Source: Prorocentrum cordatum
Taxonomy: Eukaryota
NCBI GenBank assembly: GCA_963575745.1
Contig: CAUYUJ010000024.1
Coordinates: 1 to 64,000, forward strand
Direction: 5' to 3'
Length of the DNA: 64,000 bases
Made by a program: the position numbers and the translations under genes. Every line of letters begins with the position of its first letter. Within the stretch, counting starts at the first letter, position 1. The notes beneath the pieces were generated by a model that was not told the origin of the DNA, did no database searches, and saw only the letters and a program-made list of their open reading frames with translations. This document shows positions 48,817 through 64,000 of this stretch, one piece after another.

Positions 48817-49055
48817 GAGAGAGCAGAGAGAGAATATAGAGAAGAGAGAGAGGAGAGAGAGAGAGAGAGGCAGAGATAGAGGCAGAGAGAGAGAGAGGCA
48901 CAGAGAGAGAGGCAGAGAGAGAGAGAGAGGCAGAGAGAGAGAGGCAGAGAGAGAGGCAGAGATAGAGAGAGAGAGAGGCAGGGAAAGAGAGGCAGAGACA
49001 GAGAGAGGGCAGAGAGAGAGAGAGACAGAGAGAGCAGAGAGAGAGAGAGGCAGAA
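47790..49055 (+). repeat. (GA)n microsatellite, about 1.26 kb
   Basis: Direct inspection. Confidence 0.95.
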
Positions 49056-49230
49056 GGAGGAGAGGTGGCAAGCTCGCAGTCACACTTAAATCCATATTCG
49101 TTCCTCACCGAGTCCCACCACCAAGGGAGCGCCAGCAAGGAGATGCACATATGGGATCCCCACGCAGTGAATAATTTCAATACGTTGGATCTATGCGGTT
49201 TGCAGCCCCGATAGGAGGCCTCTACATCAG

Positions 49231-49369
49231 GCGCCGCCGCGCCCGCGCCCGGCCCCGCCGCGCCGCCCGCCACCTGCCCGCCGCGCTGGCCCTCTGCGCC
49301 CTGGCCGCGGCCCTCTGGCGGGCGGCCGCCGCGGCCTTCGCCTCGCCGCCCCGCGCGGCGCCCCCGCAG
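49231..49369 (+). CDS. psbX: psbX-like gene exon 1: signal peptide plus start of transit peptide
   Basis: RRRARARPRRAARHLPAALALCALAAALWRAAAAAFASPPRAAPPQ; cag|GT donor; start unresolved (in-frame ATG at 49193, or AG acceptor at 49230). Confidence 0.65.
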
Positions 49370-52300
49370 GTCGGCGGCGGCGCGCGCGGCCGGGGCCGCC
49401 CCCCGAGAGGGAGCCTCCTCCTCCTCCTCCTCCTCCTCATCCTCCTGACTCATCCTCTCCTCCTCCTCTTCCCTCCCCCTCCTACTCCTCCCTCCCCCTC
49501 CTCCTCCTCCTCCCTCCTCCTCCTCCTCCTCCTCCTCCTCCTCCTCCTCCTCCTCCTCCTCCTCCTCCTCCTGGAGCGCCCCCCAGGCATCGGGCGGCTC
49601 GAGCCCAGGTGTGATCGCGTCGTCGCACAGCGAGATCGGGGCGGGAGGTTTTTTTGGGCCGCTTGCGGCCTAGGGGGGCCCTCGCCGAGAAGCGGCGCAG
49701 GACGGAAAACGGGTCCCGGGGAGGGGATCGGGGGTTCCAGGGGCCGCGCATTGAAAACATCGGGGCGTCGCATGTCTGGGAAGAGATCGAGGTGGTGGTT
49801 CTTCGTCATTTTCGGCCCCTTGGGGGCCCTCGCCGGGCCTCGGGGCCGTACGAACACGACCAGGGCGAACAGCCGGCCCCGGGCAAGGGGTCGGGAGGTC
49901 GGGGCCCGTGTCACGAAAGAGTCGAGACGTCGGATGTCTGGCTGGCCCCCGCCCCCACGCTGGAGGGGTGGCGGAGGCGCAGTGGGGCCGGGGGAGGTGC
50001 CACAGCAGTCGCAGCAGCTGATGCACGGACGGATGCAGCAGGTGGCGGTCTGGACGCACTCGCTCCGCGGGGATGGCCACCGTGCGCTCTTTCAGACGCA
50101 AGCGTTTCCGCTGTGTGAGATAATCCGCGCCCCCCAGCAATAGTTGAGAAGACCCCGTTTGGTTTGCCCCCATCGCGGGACCTCCGACGACCAGGCTTTC
50201 TTCAGCGCGACCCCCTCGCGCCGTGAACAGAATCCCGACGGACTGTTGTTGGCCATTTTCGGCCTCCGGGGGTCCCCTCGCCAGGCCCCGGGAGCGTCAA
50301 AGGTGACTCGGGACGAAACGCCGGTCCCTGAGAATACGGAGTCGAGATCTCCAGCCATCAATGCTGTGCAAAGCATCACGATGTCGGTTGTCTGGGGTCC
50401 CCGCCCCCCTGCGCGCGCGCGCCTCTTCGAGAGGCGCGGCGGAAGGGGGAATCCGAAGTCCCGCTCGGCGGGTGAGCTTCGAGCTCCGATCGAGCTCTCG
50501 GAGGACCGCACTTCTGGCTTCGGCTCGGACTTCGAGGCAGCGCTCCGAGCTTGGAGGAGGAGGCGGAGGCGGAGGCGGAGGCGGAGGAGGAGGAGGAGGA
50601 GGAGGAGGAGGAGGAGGAGAAGGAGGAGGAGGAGGAGGAGGAGGAGGAGGATGCAGAGGATGCAGAGGAGAAGGAGGAGGAGGAGAAGGAGGAGGAGGAG
50701 GATGCAGAGGAGGAGGAGGAGGAGGAGGAGGAGGAGGAAGAAGAAGAGGAGGAGGAGGTAGGAGGAGGAGGAGGAGGAGGATGCAGCGGAGGAGGAGGAG
50801 GAGAAGGAGGAGAAAGATAACGAGAACGAGGAGGAGGGGGAGGAGGAGGAGGAGGAGGAGAAGGAGGAGGAGGAGGAGGAGGAGGAGGAGGAGGAGGAGG
50901 ATGCAATGGATGCAGAGGGAGAAGGAGGAGGAGGAGGAGGAGGATGCCGAGGAGGAGGAGGAGGAGGAGGAGGAGGAGAGGAGGTAGGAGGAGGAGGAGG
51001 AGGAGGAGGAGGAGGAGGAGGGAGGAGGAGGAGGAGGGAGGACAGGAGGAGGATGATGAGGAGGAGGAGGACGAGGAGGAGGATGCAGAGGAGGAGGAGG
51101 AGAGGAGGAGGAGAGGAGAGGAGGAGGAAGAGAACGAGAACGAGAACGAGAACGAGACGAGAACGAGGAGGAGGAGGAGGAGGAGGAGGAGGAGGAGAGG
51201 AGGAGGAGAGGAGCGGGAGGAGGAGGAGGAGGAGGAGGAGGAGGAGGAGGAGGATGCAGAGGAGGAGGAGGAGGGAGGAGGAGGAGGAGCGGAGGAGGAA
51301 AAAGGAGGAGGGGAGGAGAGGAGGAAAGAGGACGAGGAGGAGGAGGAGGAGGAGGAGGAGGAGGAGGATGAGGAGGAGAAAAAGGGAGGAGGAGGAGGAG
51401 GAGGACGAGGAGGCGGAGGCGAGGAGGAGGAGGAGGAGGAGGAGGAGGAGGAGGAGGAGGAGGAGAGGAGGAGGAGGAAGAGAACGAGAACGAGAACGAG
51501 GAGGAGGAGGAGGAGGAGGAGGAGGAGGAGGAGGAGGAGGAGGAGGAGGAGGAGGAGGAGGAGCGGGAGGAGGAGGAGGAGGAGGAGGAGGAGGAGGAGG
51601 AGGAGGAGGAGGAGGAGGAGGAGGAGAGGCCGCCTTCTGGCTGAGGGAGGCGGCCCCCCTCTCGGGCCCCCCGCCTCGGCCCGCTCGGGGGAGGTGGTCC
51701 CCTCGGGACCCTCCCCCGGGGCCCCGGCGGCGAGGAACCCAGTCTCAGACGTCCAGCGCTGAAACAAATCAAGACGGAGGTGTTTCTCGATCTTCGGCCT
51801 CTAGCGGCCCTCGCCGGGTTCCGGGACCGTCAGAAAACGACTCAGGATGAAGGACCGGTCCCAGGGAAAGGGTCGAGATTGCCGGGGACCCCGTATTGAA
51901 CAAATCACGACGTCGGATCTCTGGGGGGCTCGTTGCGCTTCCTCCGAGTCGATCCGATTCGACGTCGACGGCTTCCGCTTCCGAGTCGATTCGACTTGGG
52001 ATTCCGATTCGGGTTCCGATTGTTTATTTGGAGGCAGATTAGCCCGTCGATTTTCGCCGATTCGATTTTTCCCGACTCGGCTGCCGATTTCCGCCGATCC
52101 GATTCATGTCGATCGTCGATCGCTGACCACAAAAGAATGAAAAACCTTCAGAACGAGGCCGAATATGTCAACGACGACGAAGGCGGCGGCAGCGACTGCT
52201 GCGGCGGCAGCGGCGGCGACAGCGACGATTGCGCGCCGCAAAGGGTGACGCTCCCCGGCGACGCCGCTGTCGTCGTCGCAGCCGTCGTCGTCGCAGCCGC

Positions 52301-52458
52301 CGCCGCCGTCGTCGCTATCGCACTTGCCGCCGCCGCCACCGTCGCCGTCGCCGCCGTGGCCGCCGCCGTCGTCGCCGCCGCCGTCGTCGCCGCGGCCTCC
52401 GCCGCCGCCGCCGTCGGCGTCGTCGGCGCCGTCGTCGGCGTCGTCGTCGTCGCCACAG

Positions 52459-52590
52459 GTCGACGCGCGGATGGCCGCGGCCATCGCCGCTGGCCTCTCG
52501 CCTCTGGCGCTGGAGCAGCCGGCTGAGGCCTACGACAGCGTGGTGGCGATGCTGCAGAGCTGGCTGGTGGGCGGCACCGTCCTGCTCCCG
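52459..52590 (+). CDS. psbX: psbX-like gene exon 2: thylakoid signal (PAEA cleavage) plus mature N-terminus
   Basis: cacAG|gtc acceptor in phase with exon 1; VDARMAAAIAAGLSPLALEQPAEA-YDSVVAMLQSWLVGGTVLL. Confidence 0.7.
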
Positions 52591-52620
52591 CGGTCGGCCT
52601 GGCCGCCCCGCTGGGGGGGG

Positions 52621-53185
52621 GGGGGCTGCGAAGAGCCAAATCGTCGCCAGGTTCGTGGGCTCCTGCGAGGTCCCGCGGCGCGGAGCTGTACGTAGACCCA
52701 GCCGAGACCCCGCGGCTCCCTCGGGGGCTGCGAAGTGCGCAACCGTCGCCAGGTTCGTGGGCTCCTGGGAGGTTCCACCGTGTGGAGTCGTACGCAGACC
52801 CAGCCGAGACCTCGCGGCTCCCTCGGGGGCTGCGAAGTGTGCAATTGTCGCCACTTTCGTGGGCTCCTGAGAGGTCCAGCGGCGTGGAGTCTTACGCAGA
52901 CCCAGCCACCTCGCGGCTCCTTCGGGGGCTGGCTCCTGGGAGGTTCCGCGGCGTGGAGTTGTACACAGACCAGCCGAGACCTCGCGGCTCCCTCGGGGGC
53001 TGCGAAGTGCGCAACCGTCGCCAGGTTCGCGGGCTCCTGGGAGGTTCCACGGTGTGGAGTCGTACGCAGACCCAGCCGAGACCCCGCGGCTCCCTGGGGG
53101 GCTTGCTAAGTGCGCAATTGTCGCCACTTTCGTGGGCTCCTGGGAGATCCCGCGGCGAGGAGTTGTTCGCAGACCCAGCCGAGAC
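52621..53185 (+). repeat. About 102-bp tandem repeat, about 5.5 units, intronic
   Basis: cccagccgagac near 52697, 52799, 52901, 52969, 53071 and 53174. Confidence 0.9.
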
Positions 53186-55288
53186 CTCTCGCCGCGCTCT
53201 TGTGCTTTCACTTCTGGGTGCTCCTGCGCACTGGCTGCAGGTCCTACAACATGTTCTTTCGCACTGGACGATCCATGGTATAGTCGCCACATGTTTAGAA
53301 AGGCTTGTGTACGGCGCAGGGTGATGTTATCCTCTGGCGATAACAGGCGTGACCGGGGGGGGGTGAGGGGGGGAGGGAGCCGGTCGCGTCACGATTCGCG
53401 CCAGCGCCGTCTGTGAATGCCTGAGCTCATTCCCAGGCCGCGCCGGCGCGAACCTGTTTGCATGACCAGAGGCGGGGACTGGGTGGGGTCGGGGCCCGTC
53501 ACGGGCGGTAGCGCGAATAATACACGGGCTCGTCGCACTTCCACCGGGTCCCCGAGGGTCCGTGCGAGTCCCCCGCAGCTCCCCCGTGGGCCCATCGTGG
53601 TGCCGCGCGGGGGAACGCTGCATCCCACTCGAGAGCATTCGAGAAGCTCTCGGTTATATTATTGCGGTCCGCGAGGGCGGCGCGGGGAAGACAGAGAGAG
53701 AGAGAGAGAGAGAGCGAGGTTTGCTGCTACGGTATGGTTGCTCGTGAAAGAATGCGCCCACGAGGCTTCAGGCCCCGGATGGCTCCTTCTCGGATGAGGG
53801 CGGCGGCGATATCCATGGCCAAGCTCCGGTTGGTGTTGCACCACCTTCCAGATCCTGGATTCCTGAAGGGTCCCTTGTTCCAGATCCTCGCCGTGCTGGG
53901 GGAAACGAACGCGAGGGGCCACTCCCGGGGGGTGGGGGGCCTCGGGGCGTGCCGTGGGGGGCTCTGGGGGCCCTCGTGGCCCGTCGTGGGCGCTCTCCAG
54001 ACCCAGATGCCTGGACATCCGCCGTCTTGATTCCTTCGAGGCGCGGGGCTCCGACCTCGGGACCGCTTCCCCCGGGCCGCTTCTGCCTCCCGAGTCCTTC
54101 CGTGACGTCGTCCCGAGGCCCCGCGAGGGGCCCGCACCGACGAGAAGCCTCTGCCCCCGACCTCCTTCGAGACGCCCGCTGTCGGGGGACGTCCGACGCG
54201 GCGGTTCCTCCTCCTCCTCCTCCTCCTCCTCCTCCCTCCTCCCTCATCTCCTCCCCTCCTCTCCTCCTCCTCCTCCCCTCCTCCTCCTCCTCCTCTCCCC
54301 TCCTCCTCCTCCTCATCCTCCTCCTCCTCTCCCCTCCTCTCCTCCTCATTCTCCTCCTCCTCCTCCTCCTCCTCTCCTCCCCTCCTCTCCTCCTCTCCTC
54401 CTCCTCCTCCTCCTCCTCCTCCTACTCCTCCCTTCTCCTCCTCCTTCCCCTCCTCATCTCCTCCTCCTCCTCCTCCTCTCCCTCCTCCTCCTCATCCTCC
54501 TCCTCCCTCCTCCTCCTCGGCTCCCGCCGCCGGCCCCGGGGCTCGGACGCCTCCTCCAGGGGGGGGGGGGGGCCGTCCCCGCCCCCAATGGCGCCCGCTG
54601 CGCGCGCGGCCCCAGGGCGGGCCCGGAGGCGGGCGCCCGAGCCCGCCTCGGGAGCCTCGAGGAGGAGGAGGAGGAGGAGGAGGGAGGCGGAGGAGGAGGA
54701 GGAGGAGGAGGAGGAAGGAAGGAGGAGGAGGAGGAGGAGGAGGAGGGAGGAGGAGGAGGAGGAGGAGGAGGCCCCCCCCCCCCCCCCCGCCGCCTCCTGG
54801 CTGAAGGGGGGCGCCCCCCCCCTCTCGGGCCCCCCGCCTCGGCCCGCTCGGGGGACGTGGCCCCCCAGGGAATCTCCCCTGCGGTGCTTACCTCGGCCGC
54901 TTCCCCGGGGCCCCGGCGGCGAGGAACCCAGGCCCAGTCGGGAGCCTCGAGACGGGGGTCAATGCAAACGGGGGTCAGCCAGAGCGCCAGATCCTGCAGG
55001 ATCCCGCGAAGAGCCCCTCTGGCTGACCCGGGTTAGCGAGCCGCTCGTGGCCGCGGGGCGGCCGCACATGTTGGCTGGCCCGGGTTTGCGAAGACCTGCG
55101 TTGCAGTTGTTTTTTTTTTTTCCTGCATTGCAGTTTTTGGTTTCCTGCTGACCCGGGTCTGGATTGACCCGGGTCAGAAGATCCCCGACCGCCCCGAGAG
55201 GCAGGAGCACCGGCCGGGCCTCGGAGCAAATCGCTGCTCGTCGTCCGAAGTCGAGGTTGGGCGTGTCCCTCCACAGGGGGAAACTCGC

Positions 55289-55484
55289 AGGCCTAGAGGT
55301 TGACACCAACACCAATATCGGCAGTGTTCCTCCACCGAGGGAAGAAGATCTCGATCTCGGCGATGGTGGTAAGATTCTGGCTTCCAAGGTGACCGAAATA
55401 TTATCACCAACACCGAAATATAGGATCATCTCTCCCCTGTGGAGGCAGCCCCCTGTCTTGGTGTTGGTGTCCATTTCCAGGCCT
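55289..55484. mobile_element. MITE-like hairpin with imperfect 60-bp TIRs
   Basis: aggcctagaggttgacaccaacaccaa versus ttggtgttggtgtccatttccaggcct. Confidence 0.7.
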
Positions 55485-55989
55485 CCAAGAAACATCTCCC
55501 AGATAGTCAAAATATAGTTTGGGGGCGATCTGTTCTAACATGTTTGGCTATGTTTCGGAATAGTTATCCGGACTACTTGCCATGCTTCTTTCCAAAGTTC
55601 CGGCCGCAGGAGGACACGCCCGACCTCATCCGAGAGCTGGGGAGCGAAGGGGCCAGACCACCTTCCCCCCCCCCCCCTCCTGGGCGGCCAGCCGCCCCCC
55701 GCCGAGGCGCCCGCCCCCGAGGCTCTCCCCCCCCATAGGGCCCCGCGGGCCCTCCGCGGGGGGGGGGCCCCCGCGGGCCCTCCGCGCGGGGGGCCCTCCG
55801 AGGGGGGCCCCTGCGAGCGCCCTGCGAGGGGGGGGGCCCTCCGCGGGCGCGGGCCCTCCGCGCGGGCGGGCCCTCCGAGGGGGGGGAACCCCTCCGGGCG
55901 CCCTCCGCCGAGGGGGGGCCCTCGGAGGGCCCTCGGCCCCGCCGAGGGGCGGCCCCGCCGAGGGGCGGCCCCGCCGACCGCGGGCCCGG

Positions 55990-56085
55990 ACCATCATCAT
56001 CGCGGCGGCCCTCGTGGCGGCCACGGCCAACCCGCTGTCGAAGCGCCGCGCGGCGGTGGCGGCGCAGGTCGAGGGCAGGAAGTGA
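55990..56085 (+). CDS. psbX: psbX-like gene exon 3 (TIIIAAALVAATANPLSKRRAAVAAQVEGRK*)
   Basis: Completes a single TM helix and the PsbX-like NP..KR tail; no AG acceptor at the junction. Confidence 0.65.
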   Translation, partial: TIIIAAALVAATANPLSKRRAAVAAQVEGRK

Positions 56086-56339
56086 GCCGGGCGGCGCGCC
56101 CGGGGCCCCCTTGGGGCGCGGAGGGGGGCGCGGAGGGGGGAGGGGGCAGGGAGGGGGCAGGGAGGGGGCAGGGAGGGGCAGGGAGCAGGAGGGGGCAGGG
56201 AGGGGGGAGGGAGGGGCAGGGAGGGGGCAGGAGGGGGCAGGGGAGGGAGCAGGAGGGGGCAGGGAGGGGGCAGGGAGGGGGGCAGGGGAGGAGGCAGGAG
56301 GCAGGAGGAGAGGGAGGCAGGGGGAGGACACGCGTGAAG

Positions 56340-61190
<4,851 letters not shown>

Positions 61191-61224
61191 TTATTCCCCA
61201 CATGCTTAGTGGGGTTCTGGTTTT

Positions 61225-64000
61225 CTTCCCTGCCGCGTCGCACCCGCGTCTCACCTCACACCTCCCCTCCTCCTCACAGCACTGCTCAGCACAGCTCAGC
61301 TCAGCTCAGCTCAGCACGGCACAGCTTAGCACAGCTCAGCTCAGCTCAGCTTAGCACAGCACAGCACAGCGCAGCACAGCACAGCTCACCGCAGCACAGC
61401 ACAACACAGCACAGCACACAGCACAGCACAGCACAGCTCAGCTCAGCACAGCACAGCGCAGCTCAGCTCAGCTCAGCACGGCACAGCTTAGCACAGCTCA
61501 GCTCACCGCAGCACAGCACAGCACAGCACAGCACACAACACAGCACAGCACAGCACAGGCGTGGCACAGGCGTGGCACGCATGGCATTTCCTCGGCACCG
61601 CAGGGGGGGAGCTGTGGGTGGGGACGCTATCCGCTTCGGGCTCGCAAAGCGTGGCAGGCGTGGCACTTCCTCGACACCACAGGGGGGGAGCTGTGGGTGG
61701 GGACGCTATCCGTTTCGGGCTCGCAAAGCGTGGCAGGCGTGGCACTGCCTCGACACCACATGGGGGTGAGCTGTGGGTGGGGACGCTATCCGTTGCGGGC
61801 CTGCAAAGCGTGGCAGGCGTGGCACTTCCTCGGCACCACAGGGGGGGAGCTGTGGGTGGGGACGCTATCCGTTTCGGGCTCGCAGAGCGTGGCAGGCGTG
61901 GCACTGCCTCGACACCACAGGGGGGGAGCTGTGGGGTGGGGACGCTATCCGCTTCGGGCCCGCAAAGAGTGGCAAGGCGTGGCCACTTCCTCGAAACCAC
62001 AGGGGGGGAGCTGTGGGTGGGGGACGATATCCGTTTCGGGCTCGCAATGCGTGGCAGGCGTGGCACTGCCTCGACACCACATGGGGGTGAGCTGTGGGAG
62101 GGGACGCTATCCGTTTCGGGCCCGCAAAGCGTGGCAGGCGTGGCCCCTTCCTCGGCACCACAGGGGGGGAGCTGCGGGTGGGGACGCTATCCGTTTCGGG
62201 CTCGCAAAGCGTGGCAGGCGTGGCACTTCCTCGGCACCACAGGGGGCGAGCTGTGGGTGGGGACGCTATCCGTTTCGGGCTCGCGAAGCGGCAAAGCGTT
62301 GGCAGGCGGGGCACTTCCTCGACACCACATGGGGGGGAACTGGGTTTGGGGGACGCCTCATCGTTTCGGTCCGCAAAGCGTGGCAGGCGTGACACGTCCT
62401 CGGCACCACAGGGGGGGGAGCTGTGGGTGGGGACGCTTTCCGTTTCGGGCTCGCAATGCGTGGCAGGCGTGGCACTGCCTCGACACCACATGGGGGTGAG
62501 CTGTGGGAGGGGACGCTATCCGTTTCGGGCCCGCAAAGCGTGGCAGGCGTGGCACTTCCTCGGCACCACAGGGGGGGAGCTGTGGGTGGGGACGCTATCC
62601 GTTTCGGGCCCGCAAAGCGTGGCAGGCGTGGCACTTCCTCGGCACCGCAGGGGGGGAGCTGTGGGTGGGGGCGCTATCCGCTTCGGGCTCGCAAAGCGTG
62701 GCGGGCGTGGCACTTCCTCGACACCACAGGGGGTGCGCTGGGGGTGGTCTCCCTATCCGTTTCGGGCCCGCAAAGCGTGGCAGGCGTGGCACTTCCCTGC
62801 CGCGTCGCACCCGCGTCTCACCTCACACTTCCCCTCCTCCTCCTCCTCCTCACAGCACTGCTCAGCACAGCTCAGCTCAGCTCAGCACGGCACAGCTTAG
62901 CACAGCTCAGCTCAGCTCAGCTCAGCACAGCACAGCGCAGCGCAGCACAGCACAGCTCACCGCAGCACGGCACAGCACAGCACACAGCACAGCACAGCAC
63001 AGCTCAGCTCAGCACGGCACAGCGCAGCGCAGCTCAGCCCAGCACAGCACAGCACAGCACAGCACAGCACAGCACAGCACAGCACAGCTCACTGCAGCAC
63101 GGCACAGCACAGCACAGCACAGCACACAACACAGCACAGCACAGCACAGGCGTGGCACAGGCGTGGCAGGCGTGGCACTGCCTCGATACCACAAGGGGTG
63201 AGCTGTGGGTGGGGACGCTATCCGTTTCGGGCCCGCAAAGCGTGGCAGGCGTGGCACTTCCTCGACACCACAGGGGGGGAACTGTGGGTGGGGCCGCTAT
63301 CCGTTTCGGGCTCGCAAAGCGTGGCAGGCGTGGCACTTCCTCGACACCACAGGGGGGAGCTGTGGGTGGGGCCGCTATCCGTTTCGGGCTCGCAAGGCGT
63401 GGCAGGCGTGGCACTTCCTCGACACCACAGGGGGGAGCTGTGGGTGGGAACGCTATCCGTTTCGGGCTCGCAAAGCGCGGCAGGCGTGGCACTTCCTCGA
63501 CACCACAGGGAGGGAGCTGTGGGTGGGGAAGCTATCCGTTTCGGGCTGGCGTGGCATTTCCTCGACACAACAGGGGGGGAGCTGTGGGTGGTCTCCCTAT
63601 CCGTTGCGGGCTCGCAAAGCGTGGCAGGCGTGGCACTTCCTCGGCACCACAGGGAGGGAGCTGTGGGTGGGGACGCTATCCGTTTCGGGCTCGCAATGCG
63701 TGGCAGGCGTGGCACTTCCTCGACACCACCTGGGGGGGAGCTGTGGGAGGGGACGCTATACGTTTCGGGCTCGCAAAGCGTTGCGGGCTCGCAAAGCGTG
63801 GCAGGCGTGGCACTTCCTCGGCACCACAGGGAGGGAGCTGTGGGTGGGGACGCTATCCGTTTCGGGCTCGCAATGCGTGGCAGGCGTGGCACTTCCTCGA
63901 CACCACCTGGGGGGGAGCTGTGGGAGGGGACGCTATACGTTTCGGGCTCGCAAAGCGTGGCAGACGTGGCACTTCCTCGACACCACAAGGGGGGAACTGT
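61225..64000 (+). repeat. 79-bp minisatellite array with (CAGCA/CAGCT)n blocks and an about 1.57-kb higher-order duplication
   Basis: Unit gtggcaggcgtggcacttcctcgacaccacaggggggagctgtgggtggggacgctatccgtttcgggctcgcaaagc; header cttccctgccgcgtcgcacccgcgtctcacctcacac near 61225 and 62792. Confidence 0.95.

Noticed and set aside
49996..50041. Extra psbX exon (VPQQSQQLMHGRMQQ) with AG/GT ends
   Set aside because: Phase-compatible but not needed; exon 1 joins exon 2 with a repeated cag|gtcg boundary. Cannot be excluded without cDNA
54588..54655. MAPAARAAPGRARRR as an alternative presequence start
   Set aside because: No hydrophobic core; runs into (GAG)n and lies downstream of exon 2

Overview
Eukaryotic, GC-rich, repeat-dense DNA, most consistent with a peridinin dinoflagellate nuclear genome (Prorocentrum-like). 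This is inferred from short exons with GT/GC/GA donors, a spliced-leader relic and a tripartite plastid presequence. Almost all long ORFs in the supplied track are microsatellite translations. Supportable content: (i) a chain of 8 short, phase-compatible + strand exons of an unidentified gene (about 755-19610); (ii) a 3-exon nuclear gene for a thylakoid protein resembling PsbX (about 49231-56085), whose second intron has 23-bp terminal inverted repeats and no AG acceptor; (iii) two decayed non-LTR retrotransposons, each bounded by (CCT)n tracts, one with an unusual EN-RT-ZnF ORF followed by a downstream ORF; (iv) an intronless HET/TIR-like membrane-protein gene (21553-24219) split by a 1017-bp insertion; (v) orphan gene fragments; (vi) several MITE-like families, a 4-kb foldback, minisatellites and long (GAT)n, (GA)n, (AC)n and (AGG)n tracts. 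No rRNA, tRNA or CRISPR array was recognised. All calls are by eye, without database searches.
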